From: Octopus sinensis
Taxonomy: Eukaryota
Length of the DNA: 64,000 nucleotides
NCBI RefSeq assembly: GCF_006345805.1
Contig: NC_043013.1
Span: 21,266,001-21,330,000 of the forward strand
Direction: 5' to 3'
In this document: one piece after another, positions 10,471 through 23,696 of the stretch
How positions within the stretch are numbered: the stretch's first letter is position 1
How the letters are laid out: the number at the start of each line of letters is the position of its first letter
Translations under genes and position numbers: made by a program
The notes under the pieces: generated by a model
Database searches by the model: none
The model's input: the letters and a program-made list of their open reading frames with translations, nothing else
Told to the model about the DNA's origin: nothing

Positions 10471-13003
10471 TTTGCAGCCTCACACGTATGATAAATAATA
10501 ATAATTTTGCAACGAAGCCGGGAATTTTACGGGTAAGAGGCTAGTACATTCCACCGATCCCGGTACTTAATTTTCTCTAATCAGGGGGTAAAATAAAGGG
10601 AAAGGTCGGCCTCAGCAAGATAGAAATATGTTGGACATATACAATCTGAAAATTGTGTGATAGTTTACGTGAACAAGAAACCAATATTAACTGAGTTAAT
10701 CAAAAATTTGACTACACCACAATGTGTGCAAGTATGCGGTAGGGTGAGACAGTTTTTCACTAAATAGCATTCACCAATGCTTGGCTCTACCTGAAGCTAT
10801 AGTATACAGTAGAATCGACTTGACCAAAGTTCCACACATTCAGAACGAAACCAGAATCACACGGTTGTAGAAGAAATTCCATAGCCACGCGTCTACATCG
10901 GCTCCTCTAATTCCTGCCAACAGAAGAACTGTCTTACTTTCGAACCAATCATCAAACAGAGAAGCAGGACAAATGCTGACTGATTACGAAATAGTGATAG
11001 CAACTTCATTTTTTATTTTTTATTTTTTTTTTCATTATACTCAATTTTAGTCAAATTGTTTTCCATAATTGGATAAAATTGTGAAAACTAGTAACGTGTT
11101 AAATTCTGAAAAGTGAAATTATATATGGATATATTTCCATGATGTATAAATTATGTATATATGCATATATTTTCACAGTATATAAATTACACACACACAC
11201 ACACACACGCACACACACACACACTCACACACACACACATATGCCATTGCATAATAATTCTGTACAATGAGATGATCGTATATTTTATCAGGAAAGTTAT
11301 AGAAACTTCAGCTCTCTTCATTCGTGAAAAAAAGATTCGAATCAAACGTTTAAATTGTAAACATATGTTAAATTTCATTATTATGGTAGCATCTTAAAAC
11401 ATAATTACATAACCAACGGCGTTTTTTCATGACTATAGGCCTCGCTATTAAAGAATTTTCCCTATGAATACCAAATGGTTTGTGGAGATGACCTCTGTTT
11501 CGTAGATAATCGCTTCGGCGTTGCATTACTGATTGACGACGACTTGTTACTTTACTTTTATAGGTTTAGCTGAGTTACCGGGAATTCTGTTCTGTGTTAT
11601 ATATATTTATATATATATATGGTTTTTGCCTTTTGCATTTTTTAACTTATGCACATACAACTTATTTTAAATCATTTCTATTATTCTATTAAATGTTTTT
11701 CTTTGGCGACAGTTGTCATGAAAAATTTTAGTAAACCTATGAAATGCTCAAGTATGTTATATTTAACCTTTCAGATAAAATTTGATGGGGTAAAGCAGGA
11801 TATATTTCACCAATTTTCCTGTTTGTGGCTGGAATCAAAATATTAGAAAAAGAACACGAAAAAGTAAAGTATTTATTAAAAGAAATAGGATTATTACGCT
11901 TTCCGGATTTCTGCAGAATGTCATAATCAATTCTTCAAATAAATCATACTGACCACTTTAAAACCATTTCCCGTACAATCAGATAAAACTGAGTTGACAG
12001 TTCTACGATTCTACTAGCTGACTTCTGGCTGAGCATTTCACTAAAATGGGGAATTTGTCACATGCCTCAGATCAACATTATCTTTTTTTTAGTGAACAGA
12101 TTGGAGATGTTATTGAAGTTGAACATTTTCAGGTTGACCTCAACAGCCAGTGTTTAATATTTTGATTTTCTTTATTTTTAAATTTTCCCCTTGTCTCTTT
12201 GCCACTATATTATTTGAAAATCGTCTTTCAGCTCGAAGCGTAATTAGGGGGGGAAAAAGGAAATAAAAATACTGTTTTATTTAAATCGCTTTGTTAGGAC
12301 CTTCATGATCCTGTACAGCTTCTCCATACACAGAATTTTCGAAATAAACCTCATAAATCATTTGATTGTATCTGTGGTGAGGAAAGAGAGAGAGAGAGAG
12401 AGGGGGGGTAGAAAGAGGAAAATATATGTATGTACAAGGAGGTGAGAAAAGGAAAATAGAGAGGGAAAGAGAGGAATGAGCAAGGGAGCGGGGAACTGTT
12501 GTTTTTAGGTAATTGCGCCTACGATGTATAAATCAACTCGCTGTATTAATTTGGAATTAAACATTAATGCATATGTGTTTGTGTGCGTAGGGTAGTTTTG
12601 CTGTCTATCGGTGTGTCCGTGCGCATGCGCTCGAGTGGATATAAAGGATGGTAAATGCGATTTCATCACCACGTCTATATTGACGTTCGCATGAGTGAAT
12701 GTGTGTACGTGATCGAGAGTGTGTACATGTGTGTGAGTGTATGTGTGTGAGAGAGAGATACTTTGTGTGTGTGTGTGTGTGTGTACGTATGTCTGAGTGT
12801 ATGTATGTGAGAGAGACTTTATGTGTGTGTGTATGTGTTTGACTGCGACTGTGTGTATGTGCGTGTGCGGATGAGTGTCGCCATTTTAATTCGTAATCTT
12901 TTTTTTTCCCTGGAGGAAAGTTAATATTGTATTGCGTGATTGTAAATATAGCGTGAAAGTATAAAATATAGATAACCGTTGAGTAGGTGAGCGTGTGCAG
13001 TTT

Positions 13004-13055
<52 letters not shown>

Positions 13056-13152
13056 TGTGTGTGTGTGTGTGTGTGTGTAATGCGGCGCGCAGTTCCATCC
13101 TTGTTATAACTATATCTTACGTCTATTTGCATTTCACATATATAACTCTGTC

Positions 13153-13202
<50 letters not shown>

Positions 13203-13331
13203 CGCGCGCGTGTTGGGTAATGGTGCTCTGTAATGTTATTTTTAGTACCATTATTGTCATTATACTAATAGAAAATGGTGGATATCACTGTGTGTGCGTA
13301 TATATATATACATAGATATATTTGTGTGTGT

Positions 13332-13386
<55 letters not shown>

Positions 13387-13539
13387 TACCTAGAATCTTT
13401 ATGAAGGTTGGTTTGCATTTGTTTAAGCGATTTCACAATTCCATGCTTTTCGAAAGTAACGCGAGATGGAGGCACCTGGACCAATGCCGTGTCTTCTCAC
13501 TTTAGCATGCTATATATTATTACCTTATATTATATAAGC

Positions 13540-13698
13540 GCACGCATAGCTTGGTGCTTCAAAATGTCACTTTACAGCTACATGGTTTCAGGTTCAACCC
13601 CACTGCGCGGCACCTAGGGAAAGTGCTTTCTGTTATAATCCCTGACCGATCAATGCCTTATGAGTGAATATGGTTGACATAAACTTGGTGAAAGCCGG

Positions 13699-13764
<66 letters not shown>

Positions 13765-13915
13765 CACCGCTCGGCAAACCGGTGTTGGTTTATTTATACC
13801 GATAAAAACAAAGTGGAAGAATAAGTATTAGACTTTTAAAAAAATAATACTGGAGTTGATTTAGTCGACGAGACGATGCTCCAACATGGCCACAGACTAA
13901 TGACTGAAGCAAATG
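13540..13915 (+). mobile_element. S-OK SINE with internal (GT)n
   Basis: ggttcaaccccactgcgcggcacc head, internal (GT)n, ccaacatggccacagactaatgactgaagca tail. Confidence 0.8.
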
Positions 13916-14742
13916 TTTAATCAAATCATTCCGTCATACTTCCACTTCTGGAAAATCCTTGAAAAATTTTGACGAATTCACATTCCTTGGAAGTAAAATC
14001 GCAAAGAAAAATCTGTTTGCAAGTGACGTTGATATCCGAAACTGTAAACCTTGAACAGTTATAAATGAATTATCAAGGGTGTGAAAATATAAGCTTCCAT
14101 TAATTTTGAAACGCAATTTATTCTATTAGGTTCATCTTCAAATACGGTTGACAAAATGTAGGGTTAGCATATTGTTTTCTATATATGTACGTACATGTCT
14201 ATTTGCGGTTCGTTCCTTTAGCTCAGAGAGATTAGCGAACGATGTGGGATTCTACAAATAGTAGCCACATCTCCCTCTCATATGACACCATTAGTGTCTT
14301 CTAAATAAAGACACCTTGCATGCTGTAGTTTCCGCTTCACTGTACTTGAGAAAGAAACTGGATTATAACGGTATGTTCGATCGAGAATGTCCTGGGGTTA
14401 AACAGCATATAAAGCGACTGAGAAATGCAAAAATACACATTGAATAATCATTATTTATAGAAGCTGCTGCCGCTCTGTCAGCACGCTACCTGAGAAGCTA
14501 TAGCTGAGGATGTTTGTTTATTTGACAGAAAATAATTGATATTTTTCTTCAAAATACCATGGAAACGAGAAAATTGTCATAAATTATTTATATTTCAGGT
14601 AAATAAATAACAGAAATGACTGTGTTTTGAAGTAAATGCCAAACATTGTGTATTTGCAATTGTTAACCCTAGAAAGGACGCAGCAAAATAAGCGTCATTT
14701 TACTTCTGCTGCAGACCAGACCAGAAACGAAACACCAACAAA

Positions 14743-15308
14743 GGCTGCGAGCTGGCAGAAACGCTAGCACGCCGGGCGAAATGCGTAGCCGTATTTCGTC
14801 AGTCGTTACGTTCTGAGTTCAAATTCCGCCGAGGTCGACTTTGCCTTTCATCCTTTCGGGGTCGATTAAATAAGTACCAGTTACACACTGGGGTCAATGT
14901 AATCGACTTAATCCGTCTGTCTGTCCTTGTTTGTCTCCTGTGTTTAGCCCCTTGTGGGTAGTAAAGAAATTGGTATTTCGTCTGGCGTTACGTTTTCAGT
15001 TCAAATTCCGCCGAGGTCGATTTTGCCTTTCATCCTTTCTGGGTCGATTAAATAAGTACCAGTTACACACTGGGGTCAATGTAATCGACTTAATCCGTCT
15101 GTCTGTCCTTGTTTGTCTCCTCTGTATTTAGCCCCTTGTGGGTAGTAAAGAAATAGGTATTTCGTCTGCCGCTACGTTTTGAGTTCAAATTCCGCCGAGG
15201 TCGATTTTGCCTTTCATCCTTTCGGGGTTGATTAAATAAGTACCAGTTACGCATTGGGGTCGATGTAATCGACTTAATCCGTTTGTCTGTCCTTGTTTGT
15301 CCCTCTGT
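14743..15308 (+). mobile_element. S-A SINE array: one head + 3 tandem 184-bp bodies
   Basis: Head ggctgcgagctggcagaaacgctagcacg; junctions aaagaaat[t/a]|ggtatttc at 14972 and 15156. Confidence 0.92.
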
Positions 15309-15335
15309 CATCTCTTTTCTCAAATATATATATAC

Positions 15336-15393
<58 letters not shown>

Positions 15394-15650
15394 GTCACCA
15401 GTATGTCCCAGTGAAATTTCGCAATACTCTAATACGGTATTCCAAGACTTACGAATTACAAAGAAACACGCTCTAATTATTAACTGCTGTCCTACGTCAC
15501 TATATCTCCAGGTTCTACTTCTCTTTTCTACCATTAATCCAATCATCATCTCTCTCTTAAAATTTCCATTTCTGCTTACCTACATGTGACATGTGTGTGC
15601 GTGCGCGTGTGTGTCTCTGTGTGTATATATGTAATATGTATGCATCTGTG

Positions 15651-15700
<50 letters not shown>

Positions 15701-16083
15701 ATATATATATACATGCATAAACGCGCACACATGTACATGTACACACACACATACACACATACATGTTTGTCTATTACCTACATATAAATCTAGTTGTAGA
15801 TGTACATTGAGATTCGTGGAAGGGGCATGTTTTCCTTCCAAATAATTAAATCGTTTTATGAAGAATTTGTTGCCTGCAAGTTATTTAGTAACATGGATCC
15901 ATCGTTTAGACCGGGAGCTGTGTAAATAATTCTGTTACAGATAAACCATTTCCTGAGAAGCAAGACTTTTGTGGTTAATTTCTTACTGCGCCAGTTAATT
16001 AGATTCGTTGTTATAGATCGAAATTGAATCTTTCCTTGCGCTCCTCCGGTTTCTTAAATTATGGAGAAGATATAAGAAGGCCT

Positions 16084-16117
16084 GCAACTATTGAAAATAA
16101 TAATAATAATAATGATG

Positions 16118-16195
<78 letters not shown>

Positions 16196-16228
16196 GCAAT
16201 AACAATAATAATAATAATAATAATAATG

Positions 16229-16275
<47 letters not shown>

Positions 16276-16292
16276 CATGATCATGATCATGA
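16084..16292. repeat. (AAT)n microsatellite
   Basis: Direct reading; source of the poly-N and poly-I ORFs. Confidence 0.97.
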
Positions 16293-17429
16293 TGAACTCG
16301 ATATTTTGAGCAAGTGAGGGTATCTGCTATCTCTTTTTATTGCATTAAAACTGGTTATCTTCAGCTTGTTGACAATTTGCAATGGAAGTTATTTGCGGAA
16401 CACCTACCTGATTTTTGAGAAAGAAAAACATTGTTAACGGGTTACTGTTCGGTCCTCGATGTCTGTATGAATATTACATGCTTATGAAATATTTATTAGT
16501 GGACATGTTATCTACAACAGTTAACTGAACTTGTGAAATAATACTTCTACCTGGACTAGGCTGGCGAAAGCTAAATATCGAAACTATAGATACTGCATAG
16601 AATCTATGGTGATGTACAAACGACGTTTTACGTGGCCATCTAATCATTAAACAGCCATTGATAACACGTGAAATGTTTTGAATATAGCAATTTCTTATTA
16701 GGATTTCATGAAGTATAAATTTTATTTTATGAAAATAAGCACATCGTAATAAATAGAGGATCACGAATTTACAGAGGAAGGTTACCTGATCTCTTGAATT
16801 GATTGCGATATATTTCTTATATTTATGAGGAAACATTTAAATCTATGTTGTGGAATTTCTTTCTAAGCTCCACATCAGCCAGATGGAAACAGCAACAACT
16901 TAATCTGCCCATTTATAGATGCCACATATACAGAAAAAAAAACGAAACAAAAAACAAAAATAGACCTGGAAATACACACAGACGACATAAAAACACTGAA
17001 TAGTTGTAATACGTAAACCAAGCTGATGAACTAAAGAACCTGTATAACCAAATGCATACACTTTTTAAAATTTAGGGATATTTTCCAGAATTATCACAAG
17101 GTATTCTTGAAATATTATGAATCATTAAAAATCCAGTATCTTGTGTTTTACTTAGTCTAATTAAATCAGAGTTCCCAAACGGGAGTAGATTAAATACCCA
17201 GGCGGAATATGCGCTGGATTCTAAAAAAAACCTTTTTTTATTCTAGCACTTAGGATATAATGATTTGCATTGCATACTTGTTAATTTCTGTGTTGCTAAT
17301 GGAGCAGTCTAATTAAGAAGACTGTGTTAGGTTCTGCTACCTGCCCATTCTAGCTTCCTAAATAAAAGAATCTATATCGTTATACGATATCATCACCATA
17401 ATCATCATCATCATCAAGATGGCGATGAC

Positions 17430-17835
17430 AGAATCGTTAACACGTTGGGTACTTGGTTCAACTTAATTTTCTCAGTTCAAACTTTACTTTACTTTTAACT
17501 TTTTCCGGGGTCGTTAAAATAAGTACCAGTTGAGCACTGGGGTCGAACTGATCGGTTTAGCCCCGCATCCGAAATTACTGGCCCTGTGCCAAAAGTTGAA
17601 ACCAACATACAGAGTGGTGAGCTGCCAGAACCGTTAGCACGCCAGACAAAATACTTAGCGGCATTTCGCTTGCCTTTATGTTCTGAGTTCAAATTCCGCC
17701 GAGGTCGACTTTGTCTTTCATCATTTCTGGTTCGATAAAATAAGTACCAGTTGAGCAGTGGGGATCGATCTAATCAACTTACCTCCTCCCTCGGAGTTGC
17801 TGGCCTTGTGCAGATATTAAAAGCTATTATTATGA
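17430..17835 (+). mobile_element. Two adjacent S-B SINE copies
   Basis: gagctgccagaaccgttagcacgcc head; gttcaaattccgccgaggtcgactttg..aagtaccagttgagcac body; gctggccttgtgc tail. Confidence 0.8.
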
Positions 17836-18343
17836 CCGAGCGAAAGCAAATTCACTTTCAAAAAGTTGCCAAGAGATCGTAAATAGGACTAAAATTGTTG
17901 GAAACCGCTAGCTTAAATATTCTTCATGATCTCAGTCTAAGAAACTATAAAATTGCTTACTTAGAGAATCTATATTTAACAGATTTCTCTCCAGGAAGTA
18001 TTGTTACCTGCAGGCTGCTAGGAATCGTTTGTGCAGTTACTCTTTAGCCTGTTTGACGAAAGCAGGTAAACCTGGGGGAACTCATTTATCTTCAAATTGT
18101 TCATATTGACCCAATTCGTGAACAGGAAGTCAACAGTGTTAAAGGGTGGGAACAGGAAGTTACAATGTTATTGAGATCATGAAGAATATTTAAGCTAGCG
18201 GTTTCCAACAATTTTAGTCCTATTTACGATCCCTTGGCAACTTTTTGAAAGTGAATTTGCTTTCGCTCTGTCATAATAATAGCTTTTAATATCGGTAAAA
18301 GGCCAGCAACTTCGAGGGAAGAGGTAAGTTGATTAGATCGATC
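17763..18343. repeat. 172-bp inverted duplication (17763-17934 / 18172-18343), about 7 mismatches
   Basis: Arms compared by eye; 237-nt spacer. Confidence 0.93.
17995..18065 (+). CDS. Candidate 71-nt exon (KYCYLQAARNRLCSYSLACLTKA), product unknown
   Basis: atttctctccag| acceptor, CAG|gtaaac donor, one open frame; lies within the inverted-repeat spacer. Confidence 0.3.
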
Positions 18344-18825
18344 TATGTAAACAGGATAAGCAGTAAAAATGTACCGAAATAGCAATAACAGAATTGTCAC
18401 TATAACAGGGACATTTCTCGAGCTATATTCTGAAATTCTTTAATATGGGAACTATCGCATGTTTTTGCATTTAGTCTTTTGTTTGTCTTTTCTTTTCTTT
18501 TTATTTCTCAATGTCAAGTTCATAAAATGGCGTTCTGTAGGAAATATTCTAATAAATCTACAAGTTACGTATTATGGTTTAATTTCCCCGGATATTTCAT
18601 CTTTAACTTCTTATCCTTTAATTGTCTTTCATAAATTATGAAATATTATCAAAACCGAACATATTTCATGCTTAGAATACAACGCTCCATGAATGGAGGA
18701 AGAGGGGGAAAGTTAGATGCACCTAATAAACTTCTTTACTGATTTAAAGAGTTTATTACGTGCATCCGGATATACTTGTCTCGTATGATATTTGGATGTT
18801 TAATGTACGACATAAGAGAAGAAGA

Positions 18826-18908
18826 AGAAGAAGAAGAAGAAGAAGAAGAAGAAGAAGAAGAAGAAGAAGAAGAAGAAGAAGAAGAAGAAGAAGAAGAAGA
18901 AGAAGAAG
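18826..18908. repeat. (GAA)n microsatellite
   Basis: Direct reading. Confidence 0.97.
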
Positions 18909-20504
18909 ATTCAATGGCGTTTAGAATGAGAACAAGATAAATTAGCTAGATTTAATAGCATTTCTAAGTGCAATATTAGTAGCCGGATTATCTCCAAATG
19001 AAATGGATGTATGAATATATAAATATATGCGTGTGTGTGTGTGTGTTTGATGCGTAAGTGTACGTATTACAAAACAATATGGAAAGGTTAAAATCAAAAT
19101 GAAATCTTCCGGAGAATGATATGACGTTATAAAAGTGTGAAAATTATCTTTCTTCACACTTCAACCATCAAATAAATCATTAAAAATCTCATATCGAACA
19201 TTAAATTCGTTTTATTCTAATACTAATAACTTATCATATTGACTTTATATTCTGAAATGAAACGCTTTAAAATGGATTAGACTTCACTTTGTCTCCTTGA
19301 AGCACTGGAATAACCTCTGCTTTGCTTTACTGAAGCGAGCCAAGTAGAATATCATAAGCGGGACACCTCGTCTTTAAGTTGTTGTATCTATATGAAAATA
19401 TTAAATACAACAGCAAACTCTATATTTTCGGTTACGCTTCTATCTCCTTCATATTAACTTATATAGGTTTCTCTCAATATTGACCCAGGTCGAGTTTAAC
19501 TTAATAACCTCACCTGCTAAAGTCTTCTCATTTGAATACCTCCATAACGTAATCGAATTGCTGTAGGCCAAAACATATTCGGCGTTTTCTCTTATTTTTA
19601 GAGGAATCTATCTTCAGTCCATTTTTTCACAATTGTAGTTTTGTTCTGTGAGTTCAAGCCTCATAGCAAGCGGATGGTACGCTGTTCCAACCTTCAATGG
19701 TTTTCTTTAAATTGAAGCTAACATCACTTGGGTAACTTTTAGGATGTATTGCTTCCCAATGCAAGACTAATTTATTGTTCATGACAACGTTACACCGAAC
19801 TGAGTCTGAGCATTTTAAGATGGTGTCTCCTCATGATGGGAGTCTTCCTAATTTTTTAGGATAGTCCATTAAAGTACCCAGATTCTCATGTCTTTGTTAT
19901 AGTATAAAGAGACCTGACGGATGAGAGTGTTTCGAGTAGGACCGAGAAAAATATAGAAAAGTTTTACGTCACATAGTACTCTGGACCGGAGAGTTTCCGA
20001 GAGATCTAACTGTCGACAACTTTTTTCTATGTTTCTGACATTGTCAGACGCCGTGACAGGTTATCCTTAGATACGACAATATAGTTATTTATGTATACCC
20101 TGTTTTCTAATTCGCTGAGATGAAATCTGGACAGTAAGTTATTTTTATCTACCCCAAAGGTTGTAATGAAAGGTTGACATCGGCGTGATTTGAACTTAGA
20201 ACATATAAAGCCGGAAGATATACAGAAAAGTATATTTAACCTACCCTTGTGTAGGTTAAAGCAATTTCTTGGGTTTAACCTACGCAAGGGAAGTAGCTGA
20301 CTCCTAAAATGTTTATAATTAGATGCAAGGACTCATGGCCCCTATTCTAACATCTGTAAACAGATGCTTGCTTTACCATTTCAAACCACATTTATACTCT
20401 GTGGAAGCAATCATTCTGTTTTGTTTCGGTGGAAGACTGTTGGAAGTTCCATTCTGTTGCATGAACTTTGAATTAGGATCCAATACAAAAAAAGCGGTAT
20501 AACT

Positions 20505-20600
20505 ACGTGCGTGCGTGCATGCGTGCGTGCGTGCGTGCATGCGTGCGTGCGTGCGTGCATGCGTGCGTGTGTGTGCGTTTGTGTATGTGTGTGTGCGTGT

Positions 20601-20643
<43 letters not shown>

Positions 20644-20672
20644 TGTGTGCGTGTGTGCGTGTGTGTGCGTGC
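20505..20672. repeat. (GCGT)/(GT) compound microsatellite
   Basis: Direct reading. Confidence 0.95.
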
Positions 20673-21704
20673 AAATTAATATGTTATTACATCACCAAAG
20701 TAAAAGAACTGCTAATTACTGGCAGGGCAATGATCCAATTGAGATCCGCTTTTTAATATTCTGAATTAGTTGAACTGAGCAATACGTTCGGAATAAATTG
20801 TGGTTCTCTCTAAATTTGATTTTGTTTTATTGTTAAGTAAGTTTATTTAATTTACTTCAGTTTAATGGAGAGAATGCGTGAAGGATAGGAAGAAAGGGAA
20901 AACCAAGAAAGGTTGGTTCCATGGTTCAGAAAATAGTAAGAGAAAAATTATCTATGAGCCATCAGCATAATTTGGATGAAGTATAAGATTTCAAAAAGTT
21001 GAGATTATTTCAAATTCAATTATATATTATAACAAATGATTTTAATATTGTAAATGTAAATATTTTTTTCTGTTATTCATAAAATTCTAAAAGCCCGCGA
21101 GTTTAGAACAAGTTAATAACATTGAAAATATATGTATTTACTAATCAATGAAAATCACCTTGGAAACTATTCGGTTGATAATTAAATTATTAAGTCACAC
21201 TTCCTTTCAATGGCTGCGGGTTTGTGACTTTTATTAAATGCAACTTTCAAAGACAACACTTTATATTTGAATAACTAGTAACTTATTGCATTAACTGCAG
21301 AAATAAAATAAAGAAAAAGTCAATACCAACAGGATTAGAAGAAAGAAAGAACTGGTTGCAAATTTTAGGGAAGTGAATACGTCAAATTTTCTCGACCGAG
21401 TCCGTTGTGTACTAAATTCAAATCCTGCGGAGAGCAACTTTCCGTTTCTTTATCCATGAATTAATAAAATACAGATCAGATACAAATGGCTACGCTTCTT
21501 GCGGACATTTATGACAAAACTTTTCACTATTACTGTCGTCTCATACGTTTTTTGATTTAATCCCTTTCAATTGATTTTGTGAAGTAGTAAAGAATGCCCC
21601 TGATAAGCTATGGTTGAGTGTTTCTACTATGGTTTATAGGAAGACCAAAACCCTGAACCTCAAACCAACAGACAACGCTTTAATACTAGTAGCCGACAAT
21701 ATCT

Positions 21705-21870
21705 GGCAAAGAATTTAGTAAAATTATTTAGTTATTATTCAGTTAGTGCTAGGAACATAAATTGTGACTAACGTTCGGTGGAAGATTTTAATTCAAAACT
21801 TATTGAAAACAAGACATTTGTACTGCAGAGCCAGAGGCGGTTTCAGGCGGGTTGGTATCGAAAGGGTTAA
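21705..21870 (-). mobile_element. piggyBac-type MITE fragment (one end only)
   Basis: Minus strand begins TTAA|CCCTTTCGATACCAACCCGCC; the other end was not found. Confidence 0.55.
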
Positions 21871-22693
21871 ATAGATATTATCATTTTGGGGCCAATTCTA
21901 TTTGAATGGTTGTATTCGTGTAGAATTACAAATATTGTTAGGAGTAAAGGGATTAATATTATAATGGAATCGAAGTCTTTAAACGGAATCGAGTCGGTGG
22001 ACGGCGAATCTTTCAATTCAACAAGTTAGATATGATAAAAGTGCAAGCCAACCTAGAGAGCATTAGATGAATGACTGGGTAACGACCGCTATACGATTGA
22101 ACCCCTTTCTCATGAAATGACATACTACACTTTGATATTTTCTGTTTTGGAATTCAAATATTTTCCTTAATATTGGGAAGGAGAAACATCTCGGATGGAA
22201 GCATAGAAATAGAGATTTAAAGATATAGAATTAGATTCTCTTTGTGAAATAAAAGAACAATCGACGAAGCGTCAGGTCTTAAAGAAATCGTTAACTAACG
22301 TTAAGACGCAGGTGTTTTCACCTGATTGAATTTTCTCTTGTGTTTTATTGCAACCTATAAAATATACGAGAAAATTAAAACAATTTTCAGTGTTTGGAAT
22401 GGTTTGTTCCAGTTTTTGGCTGGAACTTTACAGTCCGGTATCGGAGAAATATTAGAGTGACGTAATAACAAGTCTTTTAATGTTTTTTTTATTTAAACAC
22501 GTCTATAGAGATACTGAAGGGAACCTCTGCAGTGGCTGATAACCTTCATTACTAGTTACATACCGAAGGATTCACTTAAATCATAACACTTTTACAACAA
22601 TTAGTGTTGCTATTTATCAGCTACTCTAGTATTGAACGTTTCTATACGATATAATCGACTGCAATCCTAAATCGATATTTTATAGAACATTAC

Positions 22694-23299
22694 GGCGACG
22701 AGCTGGCAGAAACGTTAGCACGTCGAGCTAAATGCTTAGCGCTATTTCTTCCGGCTTTAAGTTCTGAGTTCAAATTCCGCCGAGGTCGACTTTGCCTTTC
22801 ATCCTTTCGGGGTCAATAAATAAAGTACCAGTTTCGCACTGGTGTCGATATAATCGACATAATCCTTTTGTCTGTCCTTGTTTGTCCTCTCTATGTTTAG
22901 CCCCTTGTGGATAGTAAAGAAATATATATTTTTTAAGGCGGCGAGCTGGCAGAGACGTTAGCACACCGGGCGAAATGCCGTTACGTTCTGAGTTCAAATT
23001 CCGCCGAGGTCGACTTTGCCTTTCATCCTTTCGGTGTCGATTAAAAAGGTACCAGTTTCGCACTAGGGTCGATATAATCGACTTAATCCGTGTGTCTGTC
23101 CTTGTTTGTCCTCTCTGTGTTTGGCCCCTTGGGGGTAGTAAAGAAATAGGTATTTCTTCCGGCTTTAAGTTCTGAGTTCAAATTCCTCAGAATTCGACTT
23201 TACCTTTCGTTCTTTTGGGGTTGATAAAACTAGTATCAGTCAAGTATTAGGGTTGATATAATCGACTATCCCCTCCTCAAATATTTTAGGTCATGTACT
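22694..23299 (+). mobile_element. Nested SINEs: two S-A copies inside an older S-B copy
   Basis: The 38-nt g[c/g]tatttcttccggctttaagttctgagttcaaattcc occurs at both 22741 and 23149; S-A tails end at about 22925 and 23148. Confidence 0.85.
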
Positions 23300-23301
23300 T
23301 A

Positions 23302-23696
23302 CAGTGGGGGGGAATAAATATTCGTACATGTCAAAATTCTTTATATATTTAATTTCTAATGAACATAAATGGGATATACCAATACTATATTTGCATACAG
23401 CTGCATTAACTAAGAATATGCAAAAGAAACTAATAAATTATAGTTACTAAGGAATTTATATACAATCATAAATATTTAGGGGTAAAAAAAATATTCGTAC
23501 AGAACATAAATAACTGATAATTCTGATTTAATACTTCGTAACTTCCTTAGTAACTATAATTTATTAGTTTCTTTTGCTTATTCTTAGTTTATGCATGTGT
23601 ATGCAAGTATAGTATTGGCATATCCCATTTATGTTCATTAGAAATTAGATAAATAAAGAATTTTGACATGTACGAATATTTATTTCCCCCCCACTG
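23302..23696. mobile_element. Tc1-like MITE with about 155-bp terminal inverted repeats and TA TSD
   Basis: TA|CAGTGGGGGGGAATAAATATTCGTAC...GTACGAATATTTATTTCCCCCCCACTG|TA. An internal copy of aatattcgtac resembles the IR/DR architecture; inserted in the S-B tail. Confidence 0.92.

Noticed and set aside
11440-11620. GLAELPGILF / EYQMVCGD, MFS-transporter-like peptides
   Set aside because: The matches are short, the frame runs into (TA)n without a donor site, and no other transporter exons were recognised.
16024-16317. Poly-Asn / poly-Ile ORFs and the many YI/CV/HT/LS-rich ORFs in the track
   Set aside because: These are translations of (AAT)n, (TA)n, (TG)n and (CT)n microsatellites.
19440-19900. 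Possible decayed transposase on the minus strand
   Set aside because: Only vague resemblance to Tc1/hAT fragments; no catalytic motif or TIR was found.
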